From NCBI RefSeq assembly GCF_963921235.1, contig NC_086097.1:160334001-160398000 (forward strand): a stretch of 64,000 nucleotides of DNA. Direction: 5' to 3'. Below the pieces are notes generated by a model, which was given only the letters and a program-made list of their open reading frames with translations, was not told where the DNA came from and ran no database searches. Made by a program: the position numbers and the translations under genes. The first letter of the stretch is position 1, and each line of letters begins with the position of its first letter. This stretch comes from Mobula hypostoma (lineage: Eukaryota). Below are positions 51,755 to 62,166 of the stretch, in pieces.

Positions 51755-54673
51755 TTATTTATAATCCCTTAGACCAGGCTCCAACTCAGCAAACTTCATA
51801 GTGGCCAAAAACACTGATGAATTGCGACCAATGTAACCTCTCATTTGGTTTTGTCCCGGACCACAACAACAAGGGTCGTCCCAATCCGACTCAATTTTCT
51901 CTCGCAAGGGCTTAGTAGGAGGGGGACGGGTATTGACCGCAGAGTTATTGCGAAACTTCCTGCAGTACCCCACCATCTCCAAGAGCCTTCTGAGGGCCCT
52001 CTTGTCTGTCGGGGTTGGGAGGTCAGCGATAGCCTGCACTGTAGCTTGCATCACTGCCAGCTGCCCCTGTGTCACCACAATTCCCAGGTAAGTGACCTTC
52101 GTGTGGCCAAATTCATTTTTTTCAAGGTTCACTATCAAGCTGGCTTCAGACAGCCGTATTAAATTGCCAATACACACCTCTGTGTTCATCAGCCCTTTAG
52201 TCACTGAATTACTCAAAAAATATGGGTGTTGTTTACTTGGCTGCCCTATTGTAACCACAATCGCCCAACGTCCCAGTTCTTTGCATTTCCTCGGGACAAT
52301 CAAACACATGGGTGCGAGTCGTTTAATTACTCCTTCGGGGATTAAGGGAGAGACCTTATCAGTAGACATGGCCAAAACAATAGCCTTCTCCCATCTGACC
52401 GATCCCATCCTAATCTTTTCAAAATGGTTCTTTTCTCTTAACAGGGGGCCCCTAGCTTCATTGATTTCCACGCTAACACCGACTAGGTTTGTTAGCATAT
52501 CAAAAGCCGGTGACCGTCTCAGTTCGCGTCGGTCATGATCAATAACATTCTTCCCCCTGGGCAGCCGGTAAATCTCTTTCATGATTCCACCAACTGTTTG
52601 CTCCAGCACCGCAAAATGTCCACCGGGGGGTACCTCGTGGGCCAGGTTAAAAACCTCATCCCCATAACTCTTTTGCACCACCCCCCACTCCTCATCTGCG
52701 GATGCTGTACTTGATTTCCCTTTCTTCCTTAGCACTTCCTCATCCGCACAATAGCTTGTCAAGGCTGTGTCAGAGAGAGCGGTCTCGGCAAAAACCATCA
52801 GCCCCTCGTCTCGCTCCTGCGTCTGCACAAATTCTTTCCTGGCTACTGCTACGTCTGTCCCAGCTCCCTCACTACCTCTTATCTCACTACACCCTGTCTC
52901 ATACAAGGTTGGCAGAAATGTTTCAGCCAAATTCACCATCGCGGGCGGGGCCTCCATGCTGGCAGGCTGACCCGTCAATCTCACGACTGGGAACACGATT
53001 CCTCCGGCGATGTCATTACCAAGCAAGACTTCCACGTCTTTCATCGGTAATTCGGACCTCACCCCGATCGTGACTAGTCCAGAGACCAGGTTGCTCTGTA
53101 AATGTATCTGGTGCAAAGGGACTGACTCTGTCCCTTCCCCAACACCTTTGACCTCTACCTCCCCAGTCTGGGTCTCTGAGCTAAACTCTAATACACTCTT
53201 CAGTATTAGTGACTGACACGCTCCCGTGTCTCTCCAGATCCGCACTGGAACTGGTTTTAACCCCTCCTTCACTGACACCAGTCCGGCCGAGATAAACCTC
53301 TCGCGCCCTTCCTGGACTTTTTCAGACCTGTCCTTCCCTAGCGGTTCGCTTAACAGCTTGATACAGCCATTCAAAATTTCCGCTTTTCCTTTCCCCGTCT
53401 CCTTCCTTGGGGCAAAGCACCTGGACGCAAAGTGTCCGGCTTTCCCACAATTATAACAGACGACCCCAGGAGACTTCCTACCAGACTGCTCCCGGTCTAC
53501 CTTATCCTTTTCACTAGTCCCCGGCTTACTTTCTGACTTTTCCGGTGGACTCTCCCCGCCGTCCTGACTACCCTTCTGGTAGCCTTTACTCGGGGCAACC
53601 TTCATTTTATGCGTCAACGCATACTCATCCGCTAACTTAGCAGTTGCGGCTAATGTGGCTGCCTCTTTCTCATCGAGGTAGGGTCTCATACCCTCAGGGA
53701 CACAACCTTTAAACTGCTCAATCAGAATCAGCTGCAGCAGTCTGTCATAATCCCCCTCTACCCCTTTCGAGGCGCACCAACGCTCACAATATGTTTGCAT
53801 CTCGCGAGCAAACTCCAAATACGTGCGGTCCCACCGCTTCCTCGCATTCCGGAACCTCTGCCGGTATGCCTCCGGGACCAACTCATAAATCCTGAGGATG
53901 GCCTCCTTCACCACCTCATACTTCTGGGCATCTTCCGCGGATAAAGCGGAGTAAGCTTGTTGGGCCTTCCCTTTCAGTACACTCTGAAGTAAAACAACCC
54001 ACTTATCCCTCGGCCATTCCTGACTTATAGCCACCTTTTCGAAGTGGAGAAAGTACCGATCCACATCGGTATCGTCAAATGGGGGAACCAACCTAACCTC
54101 CTGGGTCGCCCGGAACCCTCCACCTTGGTTCGGCACGAGCCCCTGCTCGGCCCTTATCTTTAACTTCTCCAGCTCAAATTCCCTTTCCCTCTGTTTCTCC
54201 TCTCTCTCCAACTGTCTGTCCCTCTCTCTCTCTTGTCTCTCCAACTGTCTTTCTCTCTCCCGCCTTTCTAACTCTTTCTCTCTCTCCCGCCTTTCTAACT
54301 CTCTCTCTTTCTCCTGCCTTTCTAACTCTCTCTCTTTCTCCTGCCTTTCTAACTCTCTCTCCTGCCTTTCTAACTGCTTCTCTTCGTGTTCTAACTGCCG
54401 TACCCGGAACTCGTGCTCGAGTCTCAGTTTTTCAAGCTGTACCTGTACCGCGTCTCCAGCAGGTTTTTCAATAGACACCACCCCCAGCTCACCTTGGGGA
54501 AACACACCTTTAGATACATAGTGCTCTACAATAGCTCTGTGTATCTCCTCTCTCCTCATTGTCGACTTCACCTTAGCAAGATTCACCCGTTTGGCCACAG
54601 CTATCAATTCCGATTTCCTGGCATCCTCTAATGCCTCCAAGGTCGGCGCCTTTATAAATTCCTCAACCTCCAT
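51755..54673 (-). CDS. 972-aa Gag(SCAN, CCHC)-protease polyprotein with vestigial IN-RT-RNase H tail
   Basis: SCAN-like PEAYRQRFR...LILIEQF...LADEY, CYNCGKAGHFASRC, protease RDTGA...LLGND. Integrase zinc-finger remnant LAHEVPPGGH lies upstream of RT remnants (KQHPY; VTYLG..V; LRRLLEMVGYCRKF), the Gmr1 domain order. Confidence 0.92.
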   Translation of the reverse strand: MEVEEFIKAPTLEALEDARKSELIAVAKRVNLAKVKSTMRREEIHRAIVEHYVSKGVFPQGELGVVSIEKPAGDAVQVQLEKLRLEHEFRVRQLEHEEKQLERQERELERQEKERELERQEKERELERREREKELERRERERQLERQERERDRQLEREEKQREREFELEKLKIRAEQGLVPNQGGGFRATQEVRLVPPFDDTDVDRYFLHFEKVAISQEWPRDKWVVLLQSVLKGKAQQAYSALSAEDAQKYEVVKEAILRIYELVPEAYRQRFRNARKRWDRTYLEFAREMQTYCERWCASKGVEGDYDRLLQLILIEQFKGCVPEGMRPYLDEKEAATLAATAKLADEYALTHKMKVAPSKGYQKGSQDGGESPPEKSESKPGTSEKDKVDREQSGRKSPGVVCYNCGKAGHFASRCFAPRKETGKGKAEILNGCIKLLSEPLGKDRSEKVQEGRERFISAGLVSVKEGLKPVPVRIWRDTGACQSLILKSVLEFSSETQTGEVEVKGVGEGTESVPLHQIHLQSNLVSGLVTIGVRSELPMKDVEVLLGNDIAGGIVFPVVRLTGQPASMEAPPAMVNLAETFLPTLYETGCSEIRGSEGAGTDVAVARKEFVQTQERDEGLMVFAETALSDTALTSYCADEEVLRKKGKSSTASADEEWGVVQKSYGDEVFNLAHEVPPGGHFAVLEQTVGGIMKEIYRLPRGKNVIDHDRRELRRSPAFDMLTNLVGVSVEINEARGPLLREKNHFEKIRMGSVRWEKAIVLAMSTDKVSPLIPEGVIKRLAPMCLIVPRKCKELGRWAIVVTIGQPSKQHPYFLSNSVTKGLMNTEVCIGNLIRLSEASLIVNLEKNEFGHTKVTYLGIVVTQGQLAVMQATVQAIADLPTPTDKRALRRLLEMVGYCRKFRNNSAVNTRPPPTKPLREKIESDWDDPCCCGPGQNQMRGYIGRNSSVFLATMKFAELEPGLRDYK

Positions 54674-54742
54674 TTCTGCTGTTTGTCTTTTCTTTCTTTC
54701 AGGAATTTTAACCCAATCAATTTACTCCGTCCCAAATTTAGC

Positions 54743-54768
54743 GTTCAAAATCGCGGACGAGAACCCCA
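54743..54768 (-). promoter_or_regulatory. Primer-binding site, imperfect match to tRNA-Pro 3' end
   Basis: Plus strand GTTCAAAATCGCGGACGAGAACCCCA versus tRNA-Pro GTTCAAATCCCGGACGAGCCCCCA; 4 nt from the 5' LTR. Confidence 0.8.
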
Positions 54769-54772
54769 CTTA

Positions 54773-55633
54773 TGTTACGTACCCCGTAACTGGGTTGCCA
54801 AACCAGCAGAAATGGATCACTCAGTTGGAGTCTGGAGTACTAGAACTAAGAAAGTTTTATTAAAGAAACAAGCAACACAGTAATCGAAAGGATAATAAAT
54901 GCAACAGTTCAGTGATGATAAACACACATGTGCACAGCATTAAGATAACAGCATCAATCAAGCTCTATCGTTGTCTAGGGGTAAATGACCAATTTCAAAA
55001 TGACTCAAAGTTCAGTCCAGTTAGTAGTTCAGTTCGCAGTAATCGTTGCCATGGCGGTGGACAACGTGGGGGAAGAGAGACATAGAATAGGAACAACTGA
55101 TCATTCAGAACACGGCTTCACTCACAGACCAGCAGGATGGCTCACAAACAGCTTTTGGGCGGGTCCTTGGTGATGTCACCTGAGGTCACCGACTGTGACC
55201 CCTCCTCCAGATGCGGTCGATCCTCTGCAGTGAACCCGGCACCCAGGCAAGGGCGGACACACACCGGGTTCCCGCTGATCGTACCTTTCCACCCTTGTCG
55301 TTGTCTGGCACTTCTCACCCACTCGTGAGAGGCGCACCGCTTCCAGGGTCTTGTTACCTCGGGTGGCGTGTGTGTCTGTCTTAGCGAACCTGTCCCTTTT
55401 TATCCCCCTGCTGGGGTATCGCCTGTCCATCACTTCAAACAGTTCAGGGTTCAAAGGGGGGAGCCGCTCCAGACAGCTCTCTCTCCCACATCCCTTCATT
55501 ACACATCTCCAGACGCTGCTCCATTGTTCCTTATCTCTCCTTCCCCTGAGGGCAGGTGGCAGACCAACTGCTGATGCCACTGATGCTAGCCCAGGCCAGC
55601 AAACATCTTAATTTTATGTGTATTCTCGTAACA
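54773..55633 (-). repeat. 5' LTR
   Basis: Direct repeat of 50725-51585. TATA-like GATAAAAA on the minus strand at 55397-55404. Confidence 0.98.
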
Positions 55634-56409
55634 TATGTAAGAAGTACATAAATAGCATACATTATAATGGCACCAGATCATATGTATGTGCCTCACTAAA
55701 GAAAAGGGAAGAAAAACTACATAGAACCGTATCCCCAGCACCTGGATTTTTCTTTTGATTAGTTTTTGAAGTTACAAAACATAACAGCGGTGATGAAGAT
55801 CTTTTAAAATGAATCCGAGATGAATACCTACCTGTTAAAGCATAGCACGTTTTCTCTTTGGAAGGGGAAAAGAGACATTCGAGTTTTAAAAAAAGGCTGA
55901 AAATGTATGAAATTCACGGATCCATAAATAGTGAGTACTGGATGATAATGAAGGAACATTTAGAACTGAAATCATTGTTTATTGCAGAACACTTGAGATT
56001 TCATAAGCAAAAGCAAAAGGAAGGGGAATACATTTCAGCTTACATGGCTAAATAGAAGAAATTGTCTACCCACTGTCAGTTCAATGATGGGCTTAATGAT
56101 GCACTGAGAGATCATTTAGATTGTGGAACCTTACAAGAAAACATTCAAAAATGGATGCTAACTCACATTTAAAAGAACAGTTGAAATTGCTGTATAATTG
56201 AATAGCAACAGCAGCCAGAGACGCATTTGAGTTACAGTCAGGAAGGACAGTGAGTATGAACAAAGTTGCAACATCTAAAGAGAAACTTGCCTGGCTGATC
56301 AAATTACCAAATTATGTTACCGTTGTGGCAGGGGCTCACAAACCCCAAACAAATGCATGTTTAAAGGTGAAATGTGCAGAAGATGTAACAAAGTAGGACA
56401 CATACAAAG

Positions 56410-57705
56410 GCGCAAACATGAGGAAATCTGCAGATGCTGGAATTTCAAGCAACACACATCAAAGTTGCTGGTGAACGCAGCAGGCCAGGCAGCATCTCTA
56501 GGAAGAGATACAGTTGACATTTTGGGCCGAGACGCTTCGTCAGGACTAACTGAAAGAAAAGCTAGTAAGAGATTTTAAAGTGGGAGGGGCAGGGGAGATC
56601 TGAAATGATAGGAGAAGACAGGAGGGGGAGGGATGGAGCCAAGAGCTAGACAGTTGATTGGCAAAAGGGATATGAGAGGATCATGGGACGGGAGGCCTAG
56701 GGAGAAAGAAAAGGGGGACGAGGGAAGCCCAGAGGATGGGCAAGGGGTATAGTGAAAGGGACAGAGGGAGAAAAAGGAGAGAGAGAAAAAGAATGTGTGT
56801 ATATAAATAAATAAATAACAGATGGGGTACGAGGAGGAGGTGGGGCCTTAGCGGAAGTTAGAGAAGTCAATGTTCAAGCCATCAGGTTGGAGGCTACCCA
56901 GACGAAATATAAGGTGTTGTTCCTCCAACCTGAGTGTGGCTTCATCTTTACAGTAGAGGAGGTCGTGGATAGACATATCAGAATGGGAATGGGACATGGA
57001 ATTAAAATGTGTGGCCACTGGGAGATCCTGCTTTCTCTGGCGTACAGAGCGTAGGTGTTCAGCAAAGCGGTCTCCCAGTCTGCGTTGGGTCTCGTCAATA
57101 TATAGAAAGCTGCATCGGGAGCACCGGACGCAGTATATCACCCCAGCCGACACAGAGGTGAAGTGTTTCCTCACCTGGAAGGACTGTCTAGGGCCCTGAA
57201 TGGTCGTGAGGGAGGAAGTGTAAGGGCATGCATAGCACTTGTTCCACTTACAAGGATAAGTGCCAGGAGGGAGGAATGAACATTGACTTCTCAAACTTCT
57301 GCTAATGCCCCACCTCCCCCTCGTACCCCATCCGTTATTTATTTATTTATATACATACATTCTTTTTCTCTCTCTCCTTTTTCTCCCTCTGTCCCTCTCA
57401 CTATACCCCTTGCCCATCCTCTGGGCTTCCCCCCTCCCCCTTTTCTTTCTCCCTGGGCCTCCTGTCCCATGATCTGCTCATATCCCTTTTGCCAATCAAC
57501 TGTCCAGCTCTTGGCTCCATCTCTCCCCCTCCTGTCTTCTCCTATCATTTCAGATCTCCCCTGCCCCTCCCACTTTCAGATCTCTTACTAGCTCTTTCTT
57601 CAGTTAGTCCTGACGAAGGGTCTCAGCCCGAAACGTTGACTGTACCTCTTCCTAGAGATGCTGCCTGGTCTGCTGCGTTCACCAGCAACTTTTATGTGTG
57701 TTGCT
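56410..57705 (-). mobile_element. Young Penelope element: GIY-YIG, pLTR and upstream inverted pLTR
   Basis: ORF 56848-57294 (C..C...GVIYCVRCSRC..LYI.ETQRRLGDRFAEH). ~430-bp inverted arms 56448-56876 and 57277-57705. TSD ACACATACAAAG at 56398-56409 and 57706-57717. Confidence 0.95.
57606..57641 (+). ncRNA. Minimal type I hammerhead ribozyme motif, core intact
   Basis: AGTC-CTGACGA-A-GGG(TCTCAG)CCC-GAAA-C-GTT-GACT. Confidence 0.75.
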
Positions 57706-58199
57706 ACACATACAAAGAGCATGTCAAGCACACAAAAGTAAATGTACTGCACAGGGAAGAGATGAAGACAAAAAGTCAAGTTACAGTTTTAGAAAGATCA
57801 CTGTCCTGCATGCTGCTGATGAAAAATCTGATATAGATTAGAGTGACACAGAACTGAGTAGCCTTGAGATTTAAATGTGAAAACCAACAGGAGACAAGCA
57901 ATATGGCCTACAGTAGAAGTGAACAACAAATTAATTAAAGTGGAATTGGACACTGGCTTGGCTGTTTCAGTCATTCCGCAAAATAAGTTTGAACGGCATT
58001 TTGGAGATACTGAACTGAAATCTGCAGATATCTAACTATGAATGTATACAAGAGAAAAGGTAAGTCCTGTGGGAATGACATTCGTAACAGTGAAATATGA
58101 CAACCAACATATCACATTGGACTCATATGTGGTAAAAACAGAGGCCCAGCATTGTGGGGCCAAGATTAGCTGAGAAAACTACAGCTTGATCGGTGATCC

Positions 58200-61100
58200 A
58201 TGATTTGTTCCTCCAGCAGCATGTGGGAAATCAGGGATACATCTAGTGCCCCTGACGACTATGTGTGCAGGAAATGTGTCCAGCTGCAGCTTCTGGCAGA
58301 CCGCATTGAGCAGCTGAAGCTGCGACTGGATTCATACTGGAGCATTCGCGATGCTGAGAAAGTCGGGAATGGCACGTTCAGTGAGTTGACCACACCGCAG
58401 GTAAAGGCTATGCAGGCAGAAAGGGAATGGGTGGCCACTAAACAGCGTAGCAGTAGGCAGGTAGTGCAAGAGTCCCCTGAGGTCATCTCCCTGCTAAACT
58501 GTTTTGGATACTGTTGGGCGAGATGTCTCATCAGGGGAAGGCAGCAGCAGCCGAGTTCATGACACCATGGGTGGCTCTGCGGCACAGGAGGGAAGGAAAA
58601 GGAGTGGGAGAGCTATAGTGATAGGGGATTTGATTGTAAGGGGAATAGATAGGCGTTTCTGCGGCCGCAAACAAGACTCCAGGAGGGTATGTTGTCTCTC
58701 TGGTGCAAGGGTCAAGGATGTCTCTGAGCGGCTGCAGGACATTCTGGAGTGGGAGGGTGAACAGCCAGTGGTCATGGTGCACATAGGTACCAACGATATA
58801 GGTAAAAAATGGGATGAGGTCCTACAAGGTGAATTTAGGGAGTTAAGAGATTAACTAAAAAGTAGGACCACAAAGGTAATAATCTCTGGATTACTACCAG
58901 TGCCATGTGCTAGAAATAGGAGGATATTTCAGATGAATATGTGGCTTGAAAAATGGTGCAAGGTGGAGGGATTCAAATTTCTGGGGCATTGGAACCTGTT
59001 CTGGAGGAGGTGGGACCGGTACAAACAGGGCGGTCTGCACCTGGGCTGGACTGGAACCAATGTCCTAGGGGGAGCGTTTGCTACTGTTGTTCAGGAGGAT
59101 TTAAACTAATGTGGCAGGGGAATGGGAACAAGTGCAGAGAGACAGAGGGGTGTAAAAAGAGGGTAGAAGCAAAAAGTAGTAAGGTGAAAAGTAAAAGTGG
59201 CAGGCCGGCAAATCCAGGGCAAGAATCAAAAAGGGCCACTTTTCAACATGATGGTATAAGGGCTAAGAGTGTTGTAAACGCAAGCCTGCAGGCTTTGTGT
59301 GTCAATGCAAGGAGGATTCATAACAAGGTGGATGAATTGAATGTGCAGATAGTTATTAATGAATATGATATAGCTGGGATCACGGAGACATGGCTCCAGG
59401 GTGACCAAGGATGGGAGCTCAACATTCAGGGATATTAAATATTCAGGAGGGATAGACATGAAAGAAAAGGAGGCGGGGAGGCATTGCTAGTTAGAGAGGA
59501 GATTAATGCAATAGAAAGGAGCCTGGAGGATGTGGAATCGATATGGGTAGAGCTGCATAACACTGAGCGACAGAAAATGCTGGTGGGAGTTGTACTAACA
59601 GTAGTAGTGAGGTTGGGGATGGCATTAAACAGGAAATTAGAAATGTGTGCAATAAAGGAACAGCAATTATAATGGGTGACTTCAATCTACATATAGATTG
59701 GGTGAACCGAATTGGTGACGGTACTGAGGAAGAGGATTTCTTGGAAGGTATGCGGGATGGTTTTCTGAACCAACATGTCGAGGAACCAAATAGAGTGCAG
59801 GCCATTCTAGACTGGGTATTGAGCAATGAGGAAGAGTTAGTTACCAATCTTGTCGTGCGAGGCCCCTTGAGTAAGAATGACCATAATATGGTGGAATTCT
59901 TCATTAAGATGGAAAGTGACATAGTTAATTCAGAAACAAAGGTTCTGAACTAAAAGAAGGGTAACTTTGAAGGTATGAGACGTGAATTAGCAAAGATAGA
60001 CTGGCAAGTGATACTTAAAGGGTTGACGGTGGATATGCAATGGCAAGCATTTAAAGATCGCATGGATGAACTACAACAATTGTTTATCCCAGTTTGGCAA
60101 AAGAATAAATCAGGGAAGCTAGTGCACCTGTGGCTGACAGGGGAAATTAGGGATAGTATCAATTCCAAAGAAGAAACATACAAATTAGCTAGAAAAAGCA
60201 GCACACCTGAGGACTGGGAGAAATTCAGAGTCCAGCAGAGGAGGACAAAGGGCTTAATTAGGAAAGGGAAAAAAGATTATGACAGAAAGCTGGCAGGGAA
60301 CATAAAAACTGACTGTAAAAGCTTTTATAGATATGTGAAAAGAAAAAGATCGGTTAAGACAAATGTAGGTCCCTTAGAGTCAGATACAGGTGAATTGATC
60401 ATGGGGAACAAGGACATGGCAGACCAATTGAATAACTACTTTGGTTCTGTCTTCACTAAGGAGGACATAAGTAATCTTCTAGACATAGTAGGGGACCGAG
60501 GGTCTAGTGAGATGGAGGAACTGAGGGAAATACATGTTAGTAGGGAAGTCGTGTTAGGTAAATTGAAGGGATTAAAGGCAGATAAATCCCCAGGGCCAGA
60601 TGGTCTGCATCCCCGAGTGCTTAAGGAAGTGGCCCAAGAAATAGTGGATGCATTAGTGATAATTTTTCAAAACTCTTTAGATTCTGGATTAGTTCCTAAG
60701 GATTGAAGGGTGGCTAATGTAACCCTGCTTTTTAAAAAAGGAGGGAGAGAGAAACCGGGGAATTATAGACCGGTAAGCCTGACATCGATGGTGGGGAAAA
60801 TGCTAGAGTCAGTTATCAAAGATGTGATAACAGCACATTTGGAAAGCAGTGAAATCATCGGACAAAGTCAGCATGGATTTGTGAAAGGAAAATCAGGTCT
60901 GACGAATCTCATAGAATTTTTTGAGGATGAAACTAGTAGAGTGGATAGGGGAGAACCAGTGGATGTGGTATATTTGGATTTTCAAAAGGCTTTTGACAAG
61001 GTCCCACACAGGAGATTAGTGTGCAAACTTAAAGCATACAGTATTGGGGGTATGGTATTGATGTGGATAGAGAATTGGTTGGCAGACAGGAAGCAAAGAG

Positions 61101-62166
61101 TGGGAATAAATGGGACCTTTTCAGAATAGCAGGCAGTGACTAGTGGGGTACCACAAGGCTCAGTGCTGGGACCCCAGTTGTTTATAATATATATTAATGA
61201 CTTAGACGAGGGAATTAAATGCAGCATCTCCAAGTTTGCGGATGACACGAAGCTGGGCAGCAGTGTTAGCTGTGAGGAGGATGCTAAGAGGATGCAGGGT
61301 GACTTGGATAGGTTAGGTGAGTGGGCAAATTCATGGCAGATGCAATTTAATGTGGATAAATGTGAGGTTATCCACTTTGGTGGCAAGAACAGGAAAACAG
61401 ATTATTATCTGAATGGTGGCTGATTAGGAAAAGGGAATGTGCAATGAGACCTGGGTGTCATTGTACACCAGTCATTGAAAGTGGGCATGCAGGTACAACA
61501 GGCGGTGAAAAAGGCAAATGATATGCTGGCATTCATAGCAAGAGGATCCGAATACAGGATCCAGGAGGTACTACTGCAGTTGTACAAGGCCTTGGTGAGA
61601 CCACACCTGGAGAATTGTGTGCAGTTTTGGTCCCCTAATCTAAGGAAAGACATTCTTGCCATAAAGGGAGTACAAAGAAGGTTCACCAGATTGATTCCTG
61701 GGATGGCAGAACTTTCATATGATAAAAGACTGTATTGACTAGGCTTGTACTCTATGGAATTTAGAAGATTGAGGGGGGATCTGATTGAAACGTATAAAAT
61801 TCTAAAGGGATTGGACAGGCTAGATGCAGGAAGATTGTTCCTGATGTTGGGGAAGTCCAGAACAAGGGGTCACAGTTTGAGGATAAAGGGGAAGCCTTTT
61901 AGGACCAAGATGAGGAAGAACTTCACACAGAGAGTGGTGAATCTGTGGAATTCTCTGCCACAGGAAACAGTTGAGGCCAGTTCATTGGCTATATATAAGA
62001 GGGAGTTAGATATGGCCCTTGTGGCTAAAGGGATCAGGGGGTATGGAGAGAAGGCAGGTACAGGGTTCTGAGTTGGATGATCAGCCATGATCGTACTGAA
62101 TGGCGGTGCAGGCTCGAAGGGCCAAATGGCCTGCTCCTGCACCTATTTTCTATGTTTCTATGTTTC
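58200..62166 (+). mobile_element. Near full-length CR1 LINE (ORF1 zinc finger plus SGNH esterase; ORF2 APE endonuclease plus RT), inactivated
   Basis: PDDYVCRKC; IVIGD.IVRG...HIGTND...GLHL; NARRI..K, ITETWL, IMGDFN, LDWVL, KSPGPDG, QHGF, GVPQGSVLGP, FADDTK. Several stops and frameshifts. (TTTCTATG)n tail. Confidence 0.97.

Larger units (their letters stand above)
50725..55633 (-). mobile_element. Young non-autonomous Gmr1-like Gypsy LTR retrotransposon
   Basis: LTRs 50725-51585 and 54773-55633 (861 bp, TGTTACG...CGTAACA). TSD TATG at 50721-50724 and 55634-55637. PBS, PPT and a single ORF. Confidence 0.97.

Noticed and set aside
51845..53456. Plus-strand ORFs antisense to the 972-aa ORF (env-like or accessory gene)
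   Set aside because: Shadow ORFs with no recognisable motifs.
51755..54673. Domesticated host SCAN/zinc-finger gene
   Set aside because: No C2H2 array or introns. It is bounded by near-identical LTRs, PBS, PPT and TSD, so it is a recent retrotransposon.
54743..54988. tRNA-Pro gene
   Set aside because: Only two short segments, in the wrong order and ~200 nt apart, with no anticodon arm.
37905..55786. Two divergent Mag-like elements as one element broken by inversion
   Set aside because: Each has its own 5' LTR, gag and pol and they are substantially diverged, so they are independent insertions.
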